The notes: generated from the letters alone by a model not told the origin. A stretch of 64,000 bases of DNA from Antedon mediterranea (GCF_964355755.1 NC_092677.1:19242101-19306100), one strand, 5' to 3'. Positions 1 to 13,586 are shown, counted from the stretch's first letter. Made by a program: numbers and translations.

Positions 1-88
1 GTTTATAAACCAAAATATAATAGTGTATATGAAAAAAATAATACAATTATAATAGCATCTGGTTGTACTTTATAATACGAGCACTTAC

Positions 89-3000
89 ACTTTCTGGAAT
101 GCCATACAGACGAACTGTTGCCTGGGTAATAATTCCCAGCGTTCCTTCTGAACCAACAAACAAATTGGTGAGGTTATAGCCTGCTGAGGTTTTTCTAAAA
201 AAAATGAATGGTTTATTTTACAATCATGCAAAAATGATCTGGCTATCTAGTTTGGCCTCATGCATGAAATGTACATGAACTGATTGATTGAAATATATAT
301 TTATACTGGGTAACCTCTTCAGTCAAAGACTGGTCTCCCAGAGGGCCCAGTTATGATCAGTGGCTGTGATGTACTAGTACACCGGGGTAACCCCCTACTC
401 ATCTCGAAAGATGTACTAGGTTCTTTAAAGTGCACACGAGCTAGATGTGTACACTGGACCTACGGTTTATAATCCTTATCCGAGAAGACTTGTTCTACCA
501 CCAGAACCATGGAGTGAGTGAGCCTCGAACACCTGCCGATGTTATGGCTACGTAATTACGGTTCCACTGTCTTAACCGCTCGGCCACTCACTCATGAAAA
601 CAACAGTTATTTTTAAATTGAGATCCAACAGAAGATACAAAACTTTTAAAATGAATAAAGGTCTTATACAATATATTAACAGTGTCATCATCATTTCTCA
701 ACATTTTCCTAGAGGGATGTTTTTTTTATGGATTTCGAGAGTCGGAGGCCTGATCGTCTCAATAGGCGTAGATATAGCATGTGGCTTGCACCTACGCCTA
801 GGTGTAGACATAGCCACTGCGTAATAGTAAAGGTAAGTATTATTTAATACCCCTTTTACAATTCCTGCAAAAATGCATAGATGATCCCAATTGTGTACCC
901 CGAGTTGTACAGGGGTTGCAGAAATCGGGTTCATGTAGACCAGTGTAAATGACGCAAAAAGTTATCTGGGTCACTGAACAACCCGGGTAAGTAAGTGGAA
1001 TGTATTCAGCATCAAGCCAACCAAGGACGAACTGTGTACTTGCCTGTTCGCGGTGTAAACAGTTGTGGTTGGTTGCTGTATTCGCTCACTATAGTATTAA
1101 ATTACATCCAATGAGAAAAATACTTATTTTGTTTGTTCACTTATTATAAAATAAAACGTATGGTTATTATTTGTTATTCATTTTAATTCAAGTAGACTTA
1201 GTTATTGCCATTAAAATAATTGCACGTGGTATAATGAGCAGACTGTTACTAATGCGTCTCTCGATGTGCGAGAGAGCAGTATTTTAATTAATCTAGAACA
1301 TTTTTACAGGTTGGTATTTTTCAGTGTAAATGCACGCAACCCATGTCATTCTTTGGTTAATAAAATGGGTATGAAAAGAAAATTTTTACGGACACTACAC
1401 AAGTTTGTTTTAAGCTCGGCGGTGTTACTCTGCTACATACTGTATACAGTATTATTATTGAAATTTTGGAAATACTACCTGAATACTGAATACTGAAATG
1501 CTTTATTTGTCCATCATCATCATAAAATAACAACAGAAATTCTTCTTGAAGATTGACAATTATTAGTACAATAATAAATAGATATACAATATAATATATT
1601 ATATACACACACATAATTGCACAAAAAGTTATGAAACACGGTGTAAAAATGACTAGGTATTAAAATTGAGAAGGATTTAGGAGATTAAAATAGTTTAAAA
1701 CCAGGGATGTGGTTATCAGGGGGGCAGATATCAGGGGTGCAGTTATCAGAGGTGCGGTTATCAGGGGTGCGGTTATCAGTTCTTTTACCTGGATCTTTTA
1801 CCAGGACCAGCTGTATGCAGAATACTACCATCTGCTAACACAACCTCAAGGTTCATGACATTTTCACGCATTGTACCATATCTTACTGCGTTGGTCCCTG
1901 ATGCGCTTGTTGCACACATTCCACATACAGAAGCATGTGCACCAGGATCTAAAAAATGAAAATAGACAAAGCCAGAAAGTACATGAGCATAGTGTGGTAA
2001 CCAGGGATGCGGTTATCAGGGGTGCAGTTATCAGGGGTGCAGTTATCAGGGGTGCATTTATCAGGGGTGTAGTTATCAGGGATGCGGTTATCAGGGACGT
2101 GGTTATCAGCGATGTGGTTATCAGGGATGTGGTTATCAGGGGTACAGTTATCATTTCATTTACATTAAAAGAGCATTCTAGTACTAGGTGAAATGAAATG
2201 AAAATGAAATGAAAACATACCAATTGGAAACCAAAGACCTTGATCTTTTATATAGTTGTTGAGAGTTTCACGAGTTACACCTGGCCGAACAGTAACATCA
2301 AAATCATCCACATTCAGCTCAACAATTTCATCCATCTTGGTCAAATCTATTGTCACACCACCCTGTGCAGGGAACAATCATTTTGTATCATTCCCAATGG
2401 TTCTGACCAGTGGTTTTGATGCACACTATAGTTATTGTATGGAAATTTCAAAGACGTCGGATTATTCTAGACTAGAGATGCATACATACAAGGTATTCAA
2501 GACTCTTCTATTTAGAATATCAAAAAGAATCAATCAACTTTGCTGCCGAGTGTATATATGAAGGTCATGAAGAAGGTTGATGCAATGTTTACTCATTTAT
2601 TGTAAAGCAACCGTTATAAGACAAATGACTTCTTAAATAGTGACATTTATCATGTATTTATGAGTACATCATACAATTGTATTCATACTTTATGAGAAAA
2701 TGTGATTTAAAAATAAGGTACTTGATCAAGTTTAAAGCCAGCAAGCTTTGTGTGGGTACAAACATTAAGTTACTTTGTTTGAATTGAAGGAATTGAGTTG
2801 AGAGATATTCATTTATAAGTATATTTATATTAAATATATCTTTAAATATCTTTACTAGTAAAAAATGTAGGTTCATGGTGACCTTCCCGCAGGCATAATG
2901 GGTAAAATCTCAAATTTGAACAGAAATAATTTTCAGTGTCTTTTAAATTCTAAAAAGATGATTTGTTTAAATAGTTTGGTATAGTCTATATTAAAGGCTA

Positions 3001-6000
3001 CATATGTAAGTAAAATAATTTAATTCCACCAATATTGGATCATAAAAATAAGGTTCCTGTATTATGATACCAGCTGCTAAACATAATTTTAAGTTTGCTA
3101 GAATTACAAAATGTAAAGTACTGTAGCTTTTATATTCTGTAGATTCTAAATGTAAATTATTGTATTGTTGCGTCTGGCTCGGACAAACATTTTTCGGAAG
3201 AAAAGTTTGGTTCTGGGAGGTTTAATAACTTAATACAATTATGTTACATACTTTGTAACCAACAGCACCACCTTCCAGTCCAGTACCTGTGCCAAATGGA
3301 ATCATTGGAATGTTGTTGTCATAACAAACCTTAGCAATCTGACTGACTTGCTCTGTAGATTCTGGCCATACAACAACATCTGGTGGTGTACAACTAGAAC
3401 ATAAACACAATATTATATTAATTATAGAAAAACAAACTTTTCTAAAAATTATACTATAGTCGCCAAATAATTATATATATAATATATAGACACCCCCTAT
3501 TAAGCGGACAATGTGTTGGGTCTTGAAGGTGCCCCCCTAATAGGGGTTCTACTGTTGTTTATAATATACTGTACTAACACATGATGTGATTCACTACTGT
3601 TGTTTATAATATACTGTACTAACACATGATGTGATTCACTACTGTTGTTTATAATATACTGTACTAACACATGATGTGATTCACTACTGTTGTTTATAAT
3701 ATACTGTACTAACACATGATATGATTCACTACTGTTGTTTATAATATACTGTACTAACACATGATGTGATTCACTACTGTTGTTTATAATATACTGTACT
3801 AACACATGATGTGATTCACTACTGTTGTTTATAATATACTGTACTAACACATGATGTAATTCACTACTGTTGTTTATAATATACTGTACTAACACATGAT
3901 GTGATTCACTACTGTTGTTTATAATATACTGTACTAACACATGATGTAATTCACTACTGTTGTTTATAATATACTGTACTAACACATGATGTGATTCACT
4001 ACTGTTGTTTATAATATACTGTACTAACACATGATGTAATTCACTACTGTTGTTTATAATTATACTGTACTAACACATGATGTGATTCACTACTGTTGTT
4101 TATAATATACTGTACTAACACATGATGTGATTCACTACTGTTGTTTATAATATACTGTACTATTCACATGATGTGATTCACTACTGTTGTTTATAATATA
4201 CTGTACTAACATATGATGTGATTCACTACTGTTGTTTATAATATACTGTACTAACACATGATGTGATTCACTACTGTTGTTTATAATATACTGTACTATT
4301 CACATGATGTGATTCACTACTGTTGTTTATAATATACTGTACTAACACATGATGTGATTCACTACTGTTGTTTATAATATACTGTACTATTCACATGATG
4401 TGATTCACTACTGTTGTTTATAATATACTGTACTAACACATGATGTGATTCACTACTGTTGTTTATAATATACTGTACTAACACATGATGTGATTCACTA
4501 CTGTTGTTTATAATATACTGTACTATTCACATGATGTGATTCACTACTGTTGTTTATAATATACTGTACTAACACATGATGTGATTCACTACTGTTGTTT
4601 ATAATATACTGTACTAACACATGATGTGATTCACTACTGTTGTTTATAATATACTGTACTAACACATGATGTGATTCACTACTGTTGTTTATAATATACT
4701 GTACTAACACATGATGTGATTCACTGTTGTTTATAATATACTGTACTAACACATGATGTGATTCACTACTGTTGTTTATAATATACTGTACTAACACATG
4801 ATGTGATTCACTACTGTTGTTTATAATATACTGTACTAACACATGATGTGATTCACTACTGTTGTTTATAATATACTGTACTAACACATGATGTGATTCA
4901 CTACTGTTGTTTATAATATACTGTACTAACACATGATGTGATTCACTACTGTTGTTTATAATATACTGTACTAACACATGATGTGATTCACTACTGTTGT
5001 TTATAATATACTGTACTAACACATGATGTGATTCACTACTGTTGTTTATAATATACTGTACTAACACATGATGTGATTCACTACTGTTGTTTATAATATA
5101 CTGTACTAACACATGATGTGATTCACTACTGTTGTTTATAATATACTGTACTAACACATGATGTGATTCACTACTGTTGTTTATAATATACTGTACTAAC
5201 ACATGATGTGATTCACTACTGTTGTTTATAATATACTGTACTAACACATGATGTGATTCACTACTGTTGTGTATAATATACTGTACTAACACATGATGTG
5301 ATTCACTACTGTTGTTTATAATATACTGTACTAACACATGATGTGATTCACTACTGTTGTTTATAATATACTGTACTAACACATGATGTGATTCACTGTT
5401 GTTTATAATATACTGTACTAACACATGATGTGATTCACTACTGTTGTATATAATATACTGTACTAACACATGATGTGATTCACTACTGTTGTTTATAATA
5501 TACTGTACTAACACATGATGTGATTCACTACTGTTGTTTATAATATACTGTACTAACACATGATGTAATTCACTACTGTTGTTTATAATATACTGTACTA
5601 AAACATGATGTGATTCACTACTGTTGTTTATAATATACTGTACTAACACATGATGTGATTCACTACTGTTGTTTATAATATACTGTACTAACACATGATG
5701 TGATTCACTACTGTTGTTTATAATATACTGTACTAACACATGATGTGATTCACTACTGTTGTTTATAATATACTGTACTAACACATGATGTGATTCACTA
5801 CTGTTGTTTATAATATACTGTACTAACACATGATGTGATTCACTATACTGTTGTTTATAATATACTGTACTAACACATGATGTGATTCACTACTGTTGTG
5901 TATAATATACTGTACTAACACATGATGTGATTCACTACTGTTGTTTATAATATACTGTACTAACACATGATGTGATTCACTACTGTTGTTTATAATATAC

Positions 6001-7677
6001 TGTACTAACACATGATGTAATTCACTACTGTTGTTTATAATATACTGTACTAACACATGATGTGATTCACTATACTGTTGTTTATAATATACTGTACTAA
6101 CACATGATGTGATTCACTACTGTTGTGTATAATATACTGTACTAACACATGATGTGATTCACTACTGTTGTTTATAATATACTGTACTAACACATGATGT
6201 GATTCACTACTGTTGTTTATAATATACTGTACTAACACATGATGTAATTCACTACTGTTGTTTATAATATACTGTACTAACACATGATGTGATTCACTAC
6301 TGTTGTTTATAATATACTGTACTAACACATGATGTGATTCACTACTGTTGTGTATAATATACTGTACTAACACATGATGTGATTCACTACTGTTGTTTAT
6401 AATATACTGTACTATAACACATGATGTGATTCACTACTGTTGTGTATAATATACTGTACTAACACATGATGTGATTCACTACTGTTGTTTATAATATACT
6501 GTACTATAACACATGATGTGATTCACTACTGTTGTTTATAATATACTGTACTAACACATGATGTGATTCACTACTGTTGTGTATAATATACTGTACTAAC
6601 ACATGATGTGATTCACTACTGTTGTGTATAATATACTGTACTAACACATGATGTGATTCACTACTGTTGTGTATAATATACTGTACTAACACATGATGTG
6701 ATTCACTACTGTTGTGTATAATATACTGTACTAACACATGATGTGATTCACTACTGTTGTTTATAATATACTGTACTAACACATGATGTGATTCACTACT
6801 GTTGTTTATAATATACTGTACTAACACATGATGTGATTCACTACTGTTGTTTATAATATACTGTACTAACACATGATGTGATTCACTACTGTTGTTTATA
6901 ATATACTGTACTAACACATGATGTGATTCACTACTGTTGTTTATAATATACTGTACTAACACATGATGTGATTCACTACTGTTGTTTATAATATACTGTA
7001 CTAACACATGATGTGATTCACTACTGTTGTTTATAATATACTGTACTAACACATGATGTGATTCATCTCGTCCATGTTGCTCCCTAACAGGTAGCGATGT
7101 GCTAATGTTCTGTGTACCAACTACAGTTTCCAATGTTCCTACTACAAAATCTGGAATCTAGAGGAAAGCAACATTTTATGATGTAATAGATGATTTCAAT
7201 GTTAGGTTTGCTATTCAATGAATCTTACTTACTGCCTTTCCCAGCCTGGTCCCTGACCTGCAGCCAAACCTTTGGTCTACCTTTTGTTCCACTCTTTACC
7301 ATTTAAGTTGTTGTTTGAATTATTGTTGTTGATATTGCTCATTCGTGGTAGCTTGTCTGCAACCAAACTTCCAGGACGTTGTGAACTTTCTTTAGATCAC
7401 CTGTTCTCTGAACCCAAGTGGGGAATGTTTGGCCTAAATAGGGATGTAAACCCCCTAATAAAAAAAGCTGGTGACGTCCCTGGTGGATTTATTTATAACT
7501 CACCTTTTGATATAAATTTCTATAATACATTTAATGATTAAAACTGCTATTTACCTCTCTTTCAAGTGTAAAAGTGCTTTTTAGTTGCTTGGAATAGATT
7601 ATGGATGCTGCACGATTAATAAAAGGTGATGAAGTCTGTCTCCATAAGGATTTGCTTAGGACATTCAGGAGACTCAT
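89..7677 (-). CDS. LDHD: Mitochondrial D-lactate dehydrogenase (FAD-linked oxidase family); 5' six coding exons, gene continues beyond the left edge
   Basis: Phase-consistent GT-AG exons 7555-7677, 7051-7157, 3252-3393, 2221-2362, 1789-1948 and 89-194. They translate to [14 protein letters not shown]...(transit-peptide-like)...[35 protein letters not shown]...[12 protein letters not shown]...[47 protein letters not shown]...[24 protein letters not shown], matching recalled LDHD motifs. Confidence 0.95.
282..593 (-). mobile_element. tRNA-derived SINE with Deu/Nin-type central domain
   Basis: Minus strand shows A-box TGGCCGAGCGG, B-box GTTCGAGGC, then GGATAAGGATTATAAACCGTAGGTCC...GCACTTTAAAGAACC...TTCGAGATGAGTAGGGG...CCCCGGTGT (resembles the Deu domain as recalled) and a (TCAA)n tail. 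A decayed copy lies at about 19700-19820. Confidence 0.75.
1699..1779. repeat. 15-bp tandem repeat (GGTTATCAGGGGTGC), about 5 copies
   Basis: Read directly; ends 9 nt from the boundary of exon 1789-1948. Confidence 0.9.
1999..2152. repeat. 15-bp tandem repeat (GGTTATCAGGGGTGC), about 10 copies
   Basis: Same unit as 1699-1779, on the other side of the exon. Confidence 0.9.
3549..7065 (-). repeat. 45-bp tandem array, about 78 copies, containing the LDHD exon end and splice donor
   Basis: Minus-strand unit TGAATCACATCATGT|GTTAGTACAGTATATTATAAACAACAGTAG; near-identical copies with occasional 42, 46 and 47-bp variants. Confidence 0.98.
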
Positions 7678-7878
7678 TTTGACTGAAAAACAATTGTGTA
7701 ATTGTTAATTTTTTCATATAAAATGTGAAGCAAAAATTAGGGATTATGGGTCATTCCATGCTAAATCAAATGTGCTATCTTCTCTGATTTTGCTAAAACT
7801 TTGAAGTATCTTAACCATAGTGAAAACTGGATGTGTGTTCCCACATTTTACTTGAATGACTAGTGTATGGGTATTTAA

Positions 7879-9312
7879 GGCAATATGAAACAAATATCTA
7901 ATTTATTTTTGAGGAATACTACTAACTAGGCTAGACCGTAAAGTTATTTTATTTTATTGTCGCCAAAACGGAAAACCCCTATTTGGTATCGGCTGCCATA
8001 AACCAGCTTATTAAATTTCTTTGGTACATTTCTATCTAACAAACATTGCATTCTTGCTTTTCTGCTTGATAAATTCTTGTTCAATTGACGTTTAAAATAA
8101 GATATTCTACCATAAATGACACAAACTGTAAGTTTAATTTTCCGACTCTCTACTCCTCGTGTATATGCGAGGCAACAATGTACACGTCGCAACACACATC
8201 GTATGGCTCGTGTGGTGGTGGTGCGCAACAATGTACACGTCGCAACACACATCGTAAGGCTCGTGTGGTGGTGGTGCGCAACAATGTACACGTCGCAACA
8301 CAAATCGTAAGGCTCGTGTGGTGGTGGTGCGCAACAATGTACACGTCGCAACACACATCGTAAGGCTCGTGTGGTGGTGGTGCGCAACAATGTACACGTC
8401 GCAACACACATCGTAAGGCTCGTGTGGTGGTGGTGCGCAACAATGTACACGTCGCAACACACATCGTAAGGCTCGTGTGGTGGTGGTGCGCAACAATGTA
8501 CACGTCGCAACACACATCGTAAGGCTCGTGTGGTGGTGGTGCGCAACAATGTACACGTCGCAACACACATCGTAAGGCTCGTGTGGTGGTGGTGCGCAAC
8601 AATGTACACGTCGCAACACACATCGTAAGGCTCGTGTGGTGGTGGTGCGCAACAATGTACACGTCGCAACACACATCGTAAGGCTCGTGTGGTGGTGGTG
8701 CGCAACAATGTACACGTCGCAACACACATCGTAAGGCTCGTGTGGTGGTGGTGCGCAACAATGTACACGTCGCAACACACATCGTATGGCTCGTGTGGTG
8801 GTGGTGCGCAACAATGTACACGTCGCAACACACATCGTATGGCTCGTGTGGTGGTGGTGGTAAAAACCAACGTACCGAAAATGGTAAAGTCCGCTGTTTT
8901 TGACGATCTGCATTTTTGGATCCTCGGGTGTAAGTCCACCCCCAAACTTGATGTGATTTCATGTTTGCATGCGTTGAGGTCACACACACAGAACATTAAA
9001 GTTCAAAATTGACCATTTTTAAATGGGCATGTGATTCATAATTAAAGAACTATCTTTGATTTGTATGTATTTTTGGGATTAAAGGACATCTTTTTATTAA
9101 TTTATCATAAATATATCTGAAGAAAGAATTAATTTTAATTAATTTTAAAATGTCGAGCAGCGTTTTTTGTAAGAAATATTTTTTATTTTACAGGTCTAGG
9201 CCTTCAGAAATGACAATTTGTAAACATAGTTCAAGATAATAATATTATTCGGCATATGTCATTTAACAGTACAGATACATTTAAATTAAAATAAATTAGA
9301 ATTATAGGCGCC
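7879..9312. mobile_element. Possible non-autonomous TTAA-flanked (Kolobok-like) element carrying the 53-bp array
   Basis: TTAA|GGCAAT...TCTAATTTATTTT at the left and AAAATAAATTAGA...GGCGCC|TTAA at the right; inverted similarity is partial only. Confidence 0.3.
8172..8860. repeat. 53-bp tandem array, about 13 copies
   Basis: Unit GCAACAATGTACACGTCGCAACACACATCGTAAGGCTCGTGTGGTGGTGGTGC; explains the overlapping ORFs at 7944-9012. Confidence 0.97.
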
Positions 9313-9339
9313 TTAAAATTAAAACAAACCAGTCGGTGT

Positions 9340-10450
9340 GTTTCAAGCAACAAGACAAAACATCTGCTCACAATTTATGATGTGATGTGAACACAAACAC
9401 TTGAACATTCCCTAACAACACCTGTGAGAACCCAAGAAGAGGCAGATATACTAATGATCCCTCATGGCATCTACACCAGGAAATGAAGTTGACGCAAGGT
9501 ACCCACTGGTTTGTTTTAAGTCACTTAAAACAAACCAGTCGGTACCTTGCGTCAACTTCATTTCCTGGTGTAGATGCCATGAGGGATCTTAAGGCGCCTA
9601 CAACAGTTATGGGAAAATACTGTAATTTTAACAGGCACAGCTGAAACAAGAAAAAGAATTGCTCTTCAACCAATATACTATCACCTTGGACCAGAAAAGG
9701 CAGCCGGACTACCAGGTTTCCATGCTATCACTGGATATGATATTATGGGTCACAGGGAAAAAAAACAGCTTTTAAGATGTACAGTATATGAAGTCACCTC
9801 CTCACATCATAGATTAGTCTGGGTTCCAGACGGAGTTTTGTCTTAATATTAGTAAAAAGATAAATATTTTGGCACATATGGCGTTTCATACGTATACTAC
9901 TTGATATTTTCAGACAAAAATCGCAGTCGAAATAAAAACAAATAAATAAAAAAAAAAAGATAATACAGACTTGGGGCAAGTCTAATCCTAGATAGAAGCT
10001 TTAATAGTCAAACTTTCAATGTGAAGGTTTCTGTTTCTGTGCAGTCTTCTAGGAACTAAAAGATTCATCAACCCTGAGATGGAAACGGTTCAAAACACTG
10101 CCAAATAATGTGGAAAGGTGTGGAAAAGTGCCACCTAGAATCAAGATGTCACTATTGACCCAATAAGTCCCGGTCCATGCCAATTAGGCTGGTTTATAGA
10201 GAACGGCAAACTAAGACCAGTATTATCCGAGAAGCGGGTTGCTCCAGAAGCAGCTGTGGAGCTAATACGGTGTTCATGTTTAATAAATACACGTTCCCAT
10301 AATGCATACACGTGCAAGAAAAACAATCTACAATATACCGAGATGTGTAACTGCGAAACAGACGAGAATAACTGTAACAACATACGACCATGTTGTCTAA
10401 ATCCAATTCAAACAGTGATAGTGATGACGAAAGTGACGACAAATAAGTAA
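9340..10450 (+). pseudogene. Degenerate XPG/FEN1-like nuclease plus Cys-rich finger, AcademX-type transposase remnant
   Basis: Broken plus-strand frames read TQEEADILMIPHG (about 9430), LTGTAETRKRIALQPIYYHLGPEKAAGLPGFHAITGYD...GKKTA (about 9630-9770) and GW...LRP...APEAAVELIRCSC...TCKKNNLQYTEMCNC...CNN (10190-10380). This order fits the XPG plus Cys8 C-terminus recalled for Academ transposons. Frameshifts and stops are present. Confidence 0.6.
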
Positions 10451-10479
10451 CATAATTAAACACAAATATTATTATGTTG

Positions 10480-12232
10480 TTATGTTGATACTAGTGTTAT
10501 ATGAATTTAATCAAGAAGAAAAGCCAAAACCATTTCAGATAATAATGGTGGCCATATTGGATAAAATGGTGGCCATTTTGGTTGAAATGTCAGCCATTTT
10601 GGCCTGTTCTGTTACACAAATGATGTGCAATATTATTTGAACATTTATTGTTACTTAAATAATTGAATTTCTATCTCCATAGTATCTTTTTTAAAAAATT
10701 GTCAAAAATGGTGGCCATTTTGAAATATCTGCCAACCCCCCCTTGCCTATGAAAAAAAAATGGAGCAAATATACTTTTTAGATTCAGTGATATCTATTCT
10801 ACAACATATCACATTTTTACAAAATATATGTAAATAAAAGTTTAAAAAAAGATTGAAAAAAAAATGTGATTGTTATGTGACCATTTTAGATAAAATATAG
10901 AATAAAATGGCAACCATTTTGGGCATAATGGCAGCCATTTTAGCTTGTTTAGTTGCACAAATGATGTGAAATATTATTAGAACATTTATTGGTACTTTTA
11001 ATATTATTTGTAAAACATGAAAACAATTAAAATTTCGTTACTAAATGGATAAAGAATATATTTAAAAAATTGTTCTTCTTTGCACCTATCCTCTTCCCCA
11101 TCCCTCAACCCTAATGTTACATACAAAACACAAATTAAGTTTGTTTAAATTTGACTTAAACAATGTGTCTCATTTTGTGACAAGTTTCTCTTTCGGAAGT
11201 AATTCCCAGGGTGCTAATTTTAGTTGAGTACATAAATCACAGTGTCTATTTATTCGTTCCTGTAAACGACATGTATTATTGTCTTGCGGTACGTACATTT
11301 GAAATCGCCAGTTCTTTAACGCTGAAATTATTATGTATTCGAGAACCATCTGTGGGCACGACCTAGATGGTACGCGAGCGAAGCGAGCGTACCATCTAGT
11401 TAAAAACAATTATCGTAGGAGGAGATAGGAAAATGCGAAGCCTCCTTGCATTTTTGTGGCGGGTATTTTTCAAGATGGACATCCATTAGACAGTGTATAC
11501 CACGATCGGAAAACACCCCTATTTGCGGCAAATCGTTGAACCTAAATTCGTTTTAATCGCCAATAACTAATTATCTAACTTAAATTAATTAGTAAACAGG
11601 GTTACATCAGGTGGTTAAAATCAGTACCGAAAGTATGATTCAATTTCTATCTCGATAACATCTTTTAAGTCTTATAAACTTACAATATTTTAAACCATTT
11701 TATCCAAAATGGCGGCCATTTTTAAATGACTGCCAACCCCCTTTGAGTATGAAAAAAAAACATGGAGCAAATACTTTTTGGATTCAGTGATGTCTATTCT
11801 ACAACATATCACATTTTTACCAAATATATGTAAATAAATTTTTTTTTAAATATTTGATTGATATATGTGGCCATTTCAGATAAAATGGTGGCCATATTGG
11901 ATAAAATGGCAGCCATTTTAGGCATAATAGCGGCCATTTTGGCTTGTTCAGTTGCAAAAATAATCTGAAATATTATTTGAATATTTATTGTTACTTTTAT
12001 GATTGAATTTCTATCTCGATAACATCATTTAATGTCATAAACGTACAATATTTTAAACAATTTTGTCCAAAATGGCAGCCATTTTGAAATGACTGCCAAC
12101 CCCCCTTGCATATGAAAAAAAAAAATGGAGCAAATACTTTTTGGATTCAGTGATATCTATTCTACAACATATCCAAATTGTATCAAATATAATAAAATAC
12201 TGTATCTAATTTTGGTCTCCTCATACAAACTA
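10480..12232. repeat. Duplicated blocks rich in AAAATGGCGGCCATTTT palindromes, probable subterminal region of the Academ-like element
   Basis: Blocks at about 10530-10870, 11640-11870 and 11870-12180 repeat each other (CTGCCAACCCCC...GGAGCAAATACTTTTTGGATTCAGTGA); ends ...CATACAAACTA. Confidence 0.55.
11363..11400 (+). mobile_element. Helitron-like 3' terminus (hairpin ending CTAG|T)
   Basis: CTAGATGGTACGC-gagcgaagcga-GCGTACCATCTAG followed by T; 13-bp perfect stem. Confidence 0.4.
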
Positions 12233-12319
12233 ATCCCCACCCTTTTAAATGAATAGGTGTCATATTGGATGATAATTAAAATATCTAATTTTGGTATTGT
12301 GCCTTTGGTAACTAATTTT

Positions 12320-12728
12320 AAAATCATATTAAATTAACATTTTCGAAACTTTAAATCAGTGGTAATCTTTTTAGAAACTTTCAAAACAGGGAACTATATT
12401 TTAAAGGATTTTCAAAAAGCACATTACTCCATTAAAACCTGTAAAATAAAAATTAGAACACAAATTATGTATATAAATAGGATAAACATTATAATGTATA
12501 GGACAATAGTGCGACCAAAGAAACAACGCGATCGATATCAAACGCAACCTATATGATTTAAACAGCGTACTAGGCCTACTAGCGACGGCGCTTCATACCG
12601 AAAATAAAACTGATGGGGCGACTTTGCGATGGGGCCACTGTGCTGGGCGACTTTGTTTTGGGGCGACTTTGTTTTGGAGCGACTTTGCGATGGGGTGCCT
12701 TTGCGATGGGGCGACTTGACTAGATCCC
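12320..12728. mobile_element. MITE family copy with GGGGCGACTTTG subterminal repeats
   Basis: Internal part is the reverse complement of 35520-35740; the same GGGGCGACTTTG...CTTGAC end recurs at about 35875-35940 and 39985-40081. Confidence 0.6.
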
Positions 12729-13099
12729 GAGATAGCTAGATGGGCTAGCCTAGTATCCTGGGCTAGGTCTAGGCCCTATAGAGAGGGCTAGGCTATACTA
12801 CTATACTATAGATAGGCTGCTATCTCTAGAGCCTATATAGGCTAGCTAGGGCCTATTTATAGGCTAGTAGGGCCAGGCCTAGCTGGGCCCCCTACACTAG
12901 AACTAGGCCTAGGTAGGTCTTAGTTAGACTTACTAGCCTAGAGGCTAGGCCTACCTAGTTGTTGTTTAATTTTCACTACTTACTTAGGCCTAGGCCTACT
13001 AGGCTAGGGCCTATAGGCCTAGCCTAGCTAGGCCATAGGTCTATATAGGCCTTAGGCTAGGCCTACTACTAACTAGGCCTATACTATAGGCTAGGCCTA

Positions 13100-13586
13100 G
13101 GCTATACATTACAAGTCAACCACAAAATCAGGAATTCAGTGACGAGCCCAACAGCCCAATTTCTCACATTTGTATGTGGTTAACTTTTGTATAAAAACAA
13201 TAGGGCTAGGAGGATGATGCATACAAATTAACCTAAAAAACAACCTGGGCTGAGTCTCTAGCTAAATGTCCACTGTTTACTTTTTGTGCCTCACACAACG
13301 AACTGTATGAACAAGTCTTGGGTGTTTCTGATTGATTGTTGTTGTGTGTGTACGTATATATGTAGGTTGGGATCTCCCAATTGTTTACGCTTTTTGATTG
13401 GCTCCCACCTCCGAATCCGATCTCGACCCGATCATCCCCCTGGCAGCGCATATGGCGCGGCGTTTCATTTTTCATATCTGAGCAGCTGGTATTGTATACT
13501 GTACTTTTGAGCTGGTCAAGTCAAGTCAATTGCTGACTGGATTGTAATTTGTAATTCTTTTTTATCACACAGCATATTGAACACAA
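13100..13586. promoter_or_regulatory. Probable bidirectional promoter region for LDHD and the TINF2-like gene
   Basis: CpG-richer patch with GATTGG (CCAAT box) and ATGGCG immediately 5' of the ATG at 13587. The LDHD ATG exon has its own upstream acceptor, so a non-coding first exon must lie further right. TSS positions are inferred. Confidence 0.4.

Noticed and set aside
3500-6373. Long ORFs of repeated [15 protein letters not shown] as stand-alone proteins
   Set aside because: By-product of a stop-free 45-bp unit; no ATG start or own promoter. Relevant only as possible exon extension.
3549-7065. CRISPR-like array (also considered for 8172-8860, 19795-20553 and 34487-34996)
   Set aside because: Units are contiguous and identical with no unique spacers, there are no cas genes, and the context is a spliceosomal eukaryote.
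7944-9012. Cys/His-rich 259-350 aa ORFs
   Set aside because: All three frames cycle through the 53-bp repeat; no domain evidence.
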